Shown here in pieces: positions 9,356 through 17,900 of a stretch of 53,898 nt of DNA (position 1 is its first letter; each line of letters opens with the position of its first letter). Under the pieces are notes generated by a model. That model was not told the origin of the DNA. It saw only the letters and a list, made by a program, of their open reading frames with translations, and searched no databases. The translations under genes and the position numbers were made by a program. This DNA is from a virus (Duplodnaviria > Caudoviricetes), in the IMG/VR virus record IMGVR_UViG_3300012663_001055, positions 1 to 53,898 of that record; one strand, 5' to 3'.

Positions 9356-11518
9356 TCAAAGCTTTGGTACAGCTAATGCTAAACGACTATCTGGACCGCT
9401 AGAATATAACCAGTTTGCAATGTTTGGTCCATTGGGTCTACCCATAGTAAAAGGTAACAACATGTATGTTGTGCCGTCTACCACAACTTCATCACCTGGA
9501 TAATAATCACCATTAAAAACATATAAACCAGATAGGTCAGTTATATTTCCACCACTGACACCACCCGAAACCCATCTATGATACATTGGTAACAAAGCAT
9601 AACCATAATATGATTGAAGGTCAGAAGAAATCCATCTTGAACCAATTTGACTAATGCTAGGTAAAAACCAGTTTGCTGGTGCAGTATAACCACCTCGAAT
9701 TGGTGCGGCCGCAGCCGCCGTTTGTGATATTGCTAACAATGAACCTGCAGCTTGTGTTGTAACAGTGGCCGCACTATATGAATATCCACAAAAACCACCT
9801 TCATCAGACCATTTGGTTCCACCAAGACCTATTGCTGTGTATGGAGCAACATAATAATTTCTCCAATTGTTTGTTCTATTTACAGCATTAGAAAATGAAG
9901 GTGCATTTCCTGGAAGATTACCAAAACAATTCAACATCTGTAAAGAAAGGTTTTGGTATGTTGGATTGGTGGATAAACCTGGGTCTCTTTCGTTTGTGGT
10001 AGGAACTTGGGTACAAAATACCTCGTCTTCCCTACTAAACAAACCTTCCCCTGGACCTTTTTGTTGTTGGTATATATTATAACCAGAATGATTATTGAAT
10101 ACCAAAGGAATTATGGAATTTACTTGACTGTTTAATATGTCATTACGTATGTATTGAGAATAGATGTGTGGCCCATTCCAAATATCTGGTCTATAATTAT
10201 TCGTTGCATAGGCAGGTAAACCATATACATTATATGTAACATCTCTGTTAGCTGCCCATGCAAAACTTGTGTCGGTTAGATATACCCAAAGAGTGGATAT
10301 GCCACTGTTAATTGAAGAAGAAAACATCATGGTTTGAGCATTTGATGATGATGCATTACCTGTGGTGCGTAGATTAATTAAAGTACCTTGTGCGGTTGTT
10401 TGTAATGTTGCTGCTGTAATTGGCCATTGTGTTGAAGCCATGTCACCAACAATTGTATTTGAAATTTGTGAATTGGCATTACCTTGCAAGGTACCTGTTG
10501 TACTCAAAGAAATATAATAACGACTATTCAGTGTTGCAGAAAGAGAAAAAGGATAAATCACAGCATTACCAACGGGTGTAACAGCAAAAGCAGAACCTGA
10601 ATTTGCTGATGAACTATCGGAAAATGTTGGTTGTTGGCATGTCAATAAAATGCATTGGCCGGAAGTAATTGGATTGGTGTTGGTTGTGCCGCCACCAGCA
10701 GGTTGTATTGTGATTAATGGTGAAGTCAGTGGTGGTGGTTGAAAGTTTCCACTGTATACACCTACACCTTTTACCACTCTTAAATTTGCAATATAACCAT
10801 TAAGTTGATTGGAACCTCCAAAACCACCGCCAATTAAAACAGGTCCACTAGCTGCATAATTATTGCTATCATTATAACCGGAACTTTGTTGTACACCGTT
10901 AACATAAAGATGTGTTACGGTTGTTATCCTTACGAGCGCAACGTGTACCCAATTTCCAGTAAAATTGAATGAACTGGATACTATCGGTCCAGCGCCTGCA
11001 ACATACAATTGAATTTGATTGGCATTTAAAAAATATATAACTGGATGTAATGAAGTTGAACCAGTTCGGTTATCAAACAGAGTGCCTGAACTACCGCCAG
11101 ACAAATAAATCCAACCTTCAATAGTAAATTGACCTGTACCAAAGTCAAATGCGCCGGTGCTTCTCGGATCAATACTTAAATAATCACCAGTGCCATCAAA
11201 ACTTGCGGAATTAAAAACGTATGATTGTGCATCATAAACCTTTTGACTCAACACAAATTCAAAAGGTGTATTTGAAGATGTTGCAATTGGTGGTCTTGCA
11301 ATATGACTATATGTGTTTGGTGTTATATCATTTGTTCTAATAATATAACTTGTTGAATCTACCAAACCTGTTAGTAAATCGGCCGCATAACTAGCCGATG
11401 TTTCTCTACTTCTTAGGTTGGCAATACTATTAATTGATGGATTGTTAATGATATCACTCACAACTCTCCATGTTTGCGCTGGTGTTTTTTGTGTATTATA
11501 ATTTAACTTGATTAACAT
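9356..11518 (-). CDS. Array family B, copy 2 (720 aa), with an inserted LamG/concanavalin-A-like lectin domain
   Basis: Family B framework plus a ~235-aa insert with FDGTGDYL, FDFGTGQFTIEGWIY, WVHVALVR, LYVNG, GYIANLRVVKG (Laminin_G_3-type signature). Confidence 0.85.
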   Translation of the reverse strand: MLIKLNYNTQKTPAQTWRVVSDIINNPSINSIANLRSRETSASYAADLLTGLVDSTSYIIRTNDITPNTYSHIARPPIATSSNTPFEFVLSQKVYDAQSYVFNSASFDGTGDYLSIDPRSTGAFDFGTGQFTIEGWIYLSGGSSGTLFDNRTGSTSLHPVIYFLNANQIQLYVAGAGPIVSSSFNFTGNWVHVALVRITTVTHLYVNGVQQSSGYNDSNNYAASGPVLIGGGFGGSNQLNGYIANLRVVKGVGVYSGNFQPPPLTSPLITIQPAGGGTTNTNPITSGQCILLTCQQPTFSDSSSANSGSAFAVTPVGNAVIYPFSLSATLNSRYYISLSTTGTLQGNANSQISNTIVGDMASTQWPITAATLQTTAQGTLINLRTTGNASSSNAQTMMFSSSINSGISTLWVYLTDTSFAWAANRDVTYNVYGLPAYATNNYRPDIWNGPHIYSQYIRNDILNSQVNSIIPLVFNNHSGYNIYQQQKGPGEGLFSREDEVFCTQVPTTNERDPGLSTNPTYQNLSLQMLNCFGNLPGNAPSFSNAVNRTNNWRNYYVAPYTAIGLGGTKWSDEGGFCGYSYSAATVTTQAAGSLLAISQTAAAAAPIRGGYTAPANWFLPSISQIGSRWISSDLQSYYGYALLPMYHRWVSGGVSGGNITDLSGLYVFNGDYYPGDEVVVDGTTYMLLPFTMGRPNGPNIANWLYSSGPDSRLALAVPKL

Positions 11519-11949
11519 TATGAAATCCAGGATTCGGCACCACCGGCACCAGTAACAGTCGATAAAGAAGTATTTAGAACTTGTACAGGATAGATTTGTC
11601 TGAGTTGTTGCACACTGGTTTGTATAATTGTATTTGCATATGTTTTATCCGTTGTCGGATTAATAACCATTGCTTCGGTATTTGAATGTATATAACTACG
11701 TTCGACCACAAGTGCGGTGTTAGTACTATAACCCTCAGAAGATAACATTCTTATAGGTTGATATACTTTTGAAGTTACATTTGAACCAAGAAGTGATCCG
11801 GTGTTTGCATTTACAGTTGAGATTACACTATTGGCATTAAAAATTGATGGTATTACTCCACTAGGTAAAACTATTTTTATCGAATTGTTTGTCCCGTATC
11901 CATGTATACCATTAATGTGTATGTTTGTAACCGCTAAAGTTAAAGCCAT
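11518..11949 (-). CDS. Array family D, copy 1 (143 aa)
   Basis: Paralog of 1761..2225; translationally coupled (TAATG) to the downstream B gene. Confidence 0.8.
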   Translation of the reverse strand: MALTLAVTNIHINGIHGYGTNNSIKIVLPSGVIPSIFNANSVISTVNANTGSLLGSNVTSKVYQPIRMLSSEGYSTNTALVVERSYIHSNTEAMVINPTTDKTYANTIIQTSVQQLRQIYPVQVLNTSLSTVTGAGGAESWIS

Positions 11950-11952
11950 TTT

Positions 11953-13251
11953 TTATTCCTTAGGAATGGAAACTCCTATGCGGTTCATCACATTATCAAA
12001 CGTTGGCCACACAACATAAGTTTTTCCAGCAATGGTGTATTCGTCACCAGCATTATATTCACCATTGAAAATGTATATACCACTTTGTTCTGATGCTGTA
12101 CCACCAAAATTGCCCCAGTAATCGCAGTTCCAACCTAATGGTTGATGTAAGAATGATGATGAACCTAAATCGGAAGACCCAGAACGCCATTGTGGTGTCA
12201 ATGCTAATCCTGCTGCATAGTTATTTGTTGCGTTTCCTATACCAACAGCAGCGTTTGCTCCTGAACCAACAGTAAATACTGTGTTTGCCAGACCCAATGC
12301 ACCGTATGAAGATTTTGTTCCAACCATGTGATTAACAAATTGACCATATGATGCTGTTGGTCTTGTGTATTGAATTGTTGCCATACCAAAAGTTGAAGAA
12401 ATTCTATAAGTATTCAATACAATAAATGGTGGCGCCGCACCCGCCAAAGCGGAAACAGTTGTGTAGTTTACGTTTGTTCCATATACAAAATCATTTGCCA
12501 ACAAACCTTGGCCATCAGCACGTGCATTTAAAATCATCAATGGGAATACACCGTTTGAACTTGAATTCCAGTAATCATAACGTGTGTATTGTGACATTAT
12601 CCAAGGTCCGGAGAAGTTGGAAATACCTTGTTGTGCTGGTGATGGCCAACCATTGATGTTGGCAGTTTGATTTGTACACCAAACAAATGCTGTATTGGAA
12701 ACATATGCATATAATGTTCTGATACTGTTTGTAGATGCAGTGGAAGTACCAGAAGTTCCTGCGGTGTATATAGAACCAACAGCTGTGTAATCAAACCCTG
12801 TACCACCAATAGTTAAGTTGGTGCCAAGATAAGTTGTGTTAGCATCAGCAACGTTGTCTGGTAGTTGTGAAGATGTGATTGTACCACCAGTAATTGATGT
12901 GGCATATGCAGCATAGTAACTAATCGAACCTGTTACAGATGGATTAATGTATTGTATGTAACCCTTTGAAGTCGGGTCATCATATGCTGCCATTTCCAAA
13001 GTAAACTTTGATTGTCCTGTTGAATTCTGTCCAGAAAAATGTGCTTTTGTTTGAGATGGATTAACTGTTCTAATAATGGTACTGTTAACAGGATCAAAGT
13101 TACCAATCATACTCGATGTATAACCAGCTGAGTTTGCAGCATTATAGAAAGAAGTTACATCAACAATATCTGGTGTGTTGATTATGTCCGTTAACACACG
13201 GAACATGTGGTACAATGATTTGTTTGCAGTAAAGTTTAATTTGATGTACAT
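11953..13251 (-). CDS. Array family A, copy 1 (432 aa)
   Basis: MYIKLNF start, GPWIMSQYTRYDYWN, FNGEYNAGDEY, ends VSIPKE. Confidence 0.85.
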   Translation of the reverse strand: MYIKLNFTANKSLYHMFRVLTDIINTPDIVDVTSFYNAANSAGYTSSMIGNFDPVNSTIIRTVNPSQTKAHFSGQNSTGQSKFTLEMAAYDDPTSKGYIQYINPSVTGSISYYAAYATSITGGTITSSQLPDNVADANTTYLGTNLTIGGTGFDYTAVGSIYTAGTSGTSTASTNSIRTLYAYVSNTAFVWCTNQTANINGWPSPAQQGISNFSGPWIMSQYTRYDYWNSSSNGVFPLMILNARADGQGLLANDFVYGTNVNYTTVSALAGAAPPFIVLNTYRISSTFGMATIQYTRPTASYGQFVNHMVGTKSSYGALGLANTVFTVGSGANAAVGIGNATNNYAAGLALTPQWRSGSSDLGSSSFLHQPLGWNCDYWGNFGGTASEQSGIYIFNGEYNAGDEYTIAGKTYVVWPTFDNVMNRIGVSIPKE

Positions 13252-13255
13252 AATG

Positions 13256-14632
13256 TTATACCTTTGGAACTGCTAATGCAACACGTGATTGGCTGCCTTG
13301 TGAAGTGCCGTAACCTAAATTGGTATTCACGGCTGTTGCCATAAGACCAGGAATTAAAGTGTATGTTATACCACCAACAGTTATTTCATCACCAATAAAA
13401 TAGTCACCATTAAACAAATACATACCAGACTTATCTGTTATGTTACCACCATTAGAATTGTAATGTGGTGTTCTAAATGTCATTGGGTATAGAATGAATC
13501 CATAATATGATTGTAAATCTGATGCAACAAACCTATAATTTGTAAATGCATGAGTGTATGTTGCGGATGTATATAAGAATACAATGTTACCATAAGACCT
13601 TGCAATCGCACTTGTTGATGGTTGTGCTGCAGATGTAAAGTTTTCTGCGGCCGCCGCCAAATTTCTTTGGTCTGAATACACAGTAGAAATACCCAAACAA
13701 GTATTTGCATGTGCAACAATTGTTCTAGGTGTAATGTTGTTTGTCAATACATTGTTTGCAACATGCATTACTTGCAAAGAAATATTTGTGTTGTTGAGTC
13801 CTTGTGGCAATTGTACCGCCGACAATTCTTCAAAGCGACTTAGGAATCCTTCACCTTGGCCTTTTGTTAAATTGGAAAATGTTTGCACTGATGCACCAGT
13901 AATGTTCGGATGGTTTGTATACACCAAAGGTATAATACCATTTGCATCTGTATTCCAATAATCACCTCTTGTGTATTGGGAATAGAAATGTGGACCTTGT
14001 TGGTTCAAATTTTGTGCTACTGGCGTTGCAGTGAATGATGTTGGGTGACCAGGTAAATTGTAAGATTGTGTGTTACAATTCCACATAAAACAGGTATCAG
14101 TTATGTAAACCCAAAATGTAAACAAACCTAGACCACCTGCATTGTATGCACCAAAGGCATTTGAGGTCGTACCACCAACACCCAATGGACTGCCTTGGAT
14201 TGTTGTTTGTGTGGTTGAGGTTGTAACATCCCATTGTGAAGTTGATACGTCACCTGATGTTGAACCAATTTGTGATGTAACCAAATAAGATGCTGCAACA
14301 ATATTACTTAATGAAACGTAATAAGAGGTACCTGCCGAGTCTAATACTTTTTGTTTCAAAATAAATTCGAACACAGAATCGGAAGAAGTGGCCACGTTTG
14401 GTCGTGCAATATGAGCAACAGTGTTTGCTGTTGTTAAGTTGCTTGGGTTACGAACAATAAAACTGGTAGAATCTACCAAGTTGGCCAATAAATCTGCGTT
14501 ATAATTTGCAGCAGTAGCACGTGCTCTAAGAGCAGTCAAGTTATTCACGCCGACATTATTGATAATATCCGCAAGTATGCGGAAGCAAGCCGCAGGTGAT
14601 TTTCTACTACTGAAATTTAATTTGATTAACAT
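13256..14632 (-). CDS. Array family B, copy 1 (458 aa)
   Basis: MLIKLNF start, HIARP, SQYTRGDYWNTDANGIIPLV (identical to B4), ends LAVPKV. Confidence 0.85.
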   Translation of the reverse strand: MLIKLNFSSRKSPAACFRILADIINNVGVNNLTALRARATAANYNADLLANLVDSTSFIVRNPSNLTTANTVAHIARPNVATSSDSVFEFILKQKVLDSAGTSYYVSLSNIVAASYLVTSQIGSTSGDVSTSQWDVTTSTTQTTIQGSPLGVGGTTSNAFGAYNAGGLGLFTFWVYITDTCFMWNCNTQSYNLPGHPTSFTATPVAQNLNQQGPHFYSQYTRGDYWNTDANGIIPLVYTNHPNITGASVQTFSNLTKGQGEGFLSRFEELSAVQLPQGLNNTNISLQVMHVANNVLTNNITPRTIVAHANTCLGISTVYSDQRNLAAAAENFTSAAQPSTSAIARSYGNIVFLYTSATYTHAFTNYRFVASDLQSYYGFILYPMTFRTPHYNSNGGNITDKSGMYLFNGDYFIGDEITVGGITYTLIPGLMATAVNTNLGYGTSQGSQSRVALAVPKV

Positions 14633-14645
14633 TGTTGTGTCTCAA

Positions 14646-14891
14646 TTATTCCGCTTTTTCCAGGAAGTCACAGAAGTCTTCTGGTAGTTGTGTGTCTTTT
14701 GGTACACACACATAAAACTGGTCCATTTTTTGAAAGAATGGATAGTGATCCAAACTAGGAACTTTTACGTAGAAATAGTCAAAGAATTCTTGGTCAGTTT
14801 TTGGTGTATTAAATGTGACACGATAGAAATCCCATTCTGCCGGTTCTTTATTACCAAAAACTATAACTTTTTTAAATTCATCGTATGTCAT
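14646..14891 (-). CDS. Array family C, copy 1 (81 aa)
   Basis: Paralog of 4896..5156; GGAG RBS. Confidence 0.8.
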   Translation of the reverse strand: MTYDEFKKVIVFGNKEPAEWDFYRVTFNTPKTDQEFFDYFYVKVPSLDHYPFFQKMDQFYVCVPKDTQLPEDFCDFLEKAE

Positions 14892-14903
14892 TTATTTTCT
14901 CCA

Positions 14904-17900
14904 TTAAATATATGTAAATGTTGCATAAAGGTCAGCAGAACCGGTGCCTGCTGTCAGAATGTCAACAGTAATATAATCGTTTGTTGTTATAGGAATATAT
15001 GGGTTTGTAGTTACGCTTTGCACACCCGCATTGAGTGTGGTGTTGTTTACTACTGTACCATTTTTCTTAACTGCAACAGTTGTTGCTGTTGATCCTGCTG
15101 TCACTAAATTGAACTGAATTGCAACAATAGATGCGGGGTTAGTAATATATAGTCTCTTAGAACCAACGTTTATTGTTAATGTACCAGAATAATTGTAGGT
15201 ACGAATCGCATTAGATAAACCAGTTGATATAGCGGTGTTTGAAGACACAGAAACAACACGGCCATATTGGTCAACTTGCAAGTTTGCGGCAGTGTATGTA
15301 CCTGCAACGTTGTTTGCTATCGGTGCAAGACCAACTTGAATTCTACCAAAAGATGTGTTGGTAGTAATTTGTCCAGTGTTTGCAAACAGTTGTGTATTGA
15401 CTGCCATTCCAACGGTAGAAACTCTACCATTTGCCATAACTGTAAAATACGGTACAGTTTTACCTTCGGAATCACCTAGTAGTGTATTTATTCCAAGGTT
15501 AATATTTGTTACGTCAGTGTTTGCACGGTCGAAAGCTGCTTGTGCCAACACGTTTGCACTATTAGCCTTATTAAAACCTGTCTGTGCAGAAATTGTTGCC
15601 GCATTAGCCTGTGCATAAGCTTGTGTTACTGGTGCATTATTTGCAGTATTGTAAGCAGACTGTGCCAAGTTGTTGGCAGCATTCGCTTGGTCGTAACCTG
15701 CCTGTGCAAATGTCAGTGTTGAATTTGAATGACCAAACGCCGCATTAGCCTGTATGAAGGCACCATTCGCACGATTGAAACCAAATTGTGCAGAGTTAAT
15801 TGCCGCATCAGCAGTTGATTGTGCATTGAAGGCTGCATCAGATGCATTGTTTGCCTGTCCAAATGCTGCGTTAGCCTTAATGAAGGCACCGTTTGCACGG
15901 AAGTAAGCCGCTTGTGCTGAATCGGTCGCAGCATTTGCCTGTGCGTATGCTGGTGTTGCAACGTTTGCCTGTTCAAATGATGCATTGGTCTTAGCAAAAC
16001 CTGCACTTGCATAATCTAAAAGGTTAATATTGTTTGCAACAACATAAGTTGCAATTACATTACCTTTGAAGGTCTGTGCTTGAACATTTGCTCTACGGAA
16101 AGACGCATCGTTAATGTTTATTTCATTGTTTGCAACAATTTCTGGTGTATAATTATCAAAGAAAATGTATTCTTTTTCTGATGCATCACGGAACAAACCA
16201 GTATGTGCATTTGCAATATCATTATAATGTGCCACAAAACCAATGTCTAATGCATCAGTTGTGTAGTTGTTGTTTGCAAGGAAAATTAACGAGTCATTAA
16301 TTTGCAATGATGAAGTGGTCAATATGGTTGAGTTACCATATACGGCCAAGTTACCAGTAATTACAACACTTCCTGAAATCGTACCACCAGTAGATTGGTA
16401 TGCACTGTTAGCTTTATTGTATGCTGACTGTACGGAATCCACACTAGCATTAGCAACCGCAAAAGCTGAATTGGCCTGTATGAATGCTAAGTTTGCTCTG
16501 TTATATGCAGTTGATGCAGAGTTAGTCGCAGCATTTGCTTGGTCGTAACCTGCTTGTGCAGAGTTAGTTGCAGCATTCGCCTTTGCAAAACCTGAGGTTG
16601 CATATTGATTAGTTGCATTAGCTTGGTCATAACCAGCCTGTGCTGAGTTAATGGCAGCGTTTGCTCTGGCATATCCAGAAGTTGCATACTGATTGGTTGC
16701 ATTTGCCTGGTCATACGCTGACTGTGCTGAATTGGTTGCAGCGTTGGCCTTAGCGTAACCAGATTGAGCATACTGGTTGGTTGCATTTGCAAGAATGTAT
16801 GCACTAGAAACAAAATTGTCAACAGCAGCAATGCGTGTGTTCTGTGTTACATCCACACCTTGTGTGTAGATGGTATTACCAGATGCAGTATTTGCCAATT
16901 CAAAAGAAGCATTAGAATATGACCATGGTGCTGATGCAGTTCTTTGAGTTGTACCATCACCAGTAAATGTTACTGTACCAGTGGTGATTGAACTTGCGTT
17001 CATGTAGTTAAAGTAACCTACATTCCAACGACTTGCATTATTACCAAAATTAGATGTACCAGTAACATATAAGTTACCAGTAAATGTGTTACCAAATACA
17101 ATTAAGTTTTCACCGATGTATGTGTTACCCACAATACCTGCACCACCAGCAGAAACAATTGCACCAGTAGTTGTATTAAATGATGGTGTATTTGAAGATG
17201 CGAAAATATTATCTGAACCAACTTGTGTATCACCTGCGGTACCAGAAACACTAAACGATGCACCTGTATCTGATGTTAACGAAACAGAACCAGTTTCTGC
17301 ACCAATCAACGCACCACCCAAGTCAATCGTGTTACCAGAAATGTAGAGTTTTCTCCAACGTCTTGTTGGAGAACCTAAATCGTAACCGCCACCACCCACA
17401 GCGTTGGCTGCTGGTAATAGGTGAGATGTATATACGTTACCTGTTGCAGAACCCAAGAACGCATTGGCTGCCACAGTTAATGTGCCAGTCATTGTGTCGC
17501 CAGTTTTTAATACTGTACTGAACGCACGTGCATTTGCAGTATTAGCCTGTGCATACGCACCAACTGCAAGACTATCTGTTGCAGCAGTGTTAAAGAACAA
17601 TGTAATCAGTGAGGTGTTCTGACTATCATTAACGGCCTGCATATTAATAGAGGTGGTATATGCAGTGTTTGCCCTATTAAATGCCGCTTGTGTTGAGATG
17701 GCACCACTTAAAATATTTGCTCTTGCGGCCGAGTCATTTGCAGAACCAGTTGACATTGTGTTAGCAAAATCAAACGCTGCATTAGCATGAATGTATGCAG
17801 CATTAGATGTACCTCTAACCCATCCATCAATCGCATTAGTACCAGTGTTTGCCTTGTTGAAGGCTGCTTGTGCTAGTACGTTTGCAGAGTTTGCTTTCTC

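Noticed and set aside
1761-14891. Diversity-generating retroelement or shufflon as the driver of array variation
   Set aside because: No reverse transcriptase or recombinase in the window; all copies are co-oriented, full-length ORFs; I saw no TR/VR pair differing only at adenines and no inverted crossover sites
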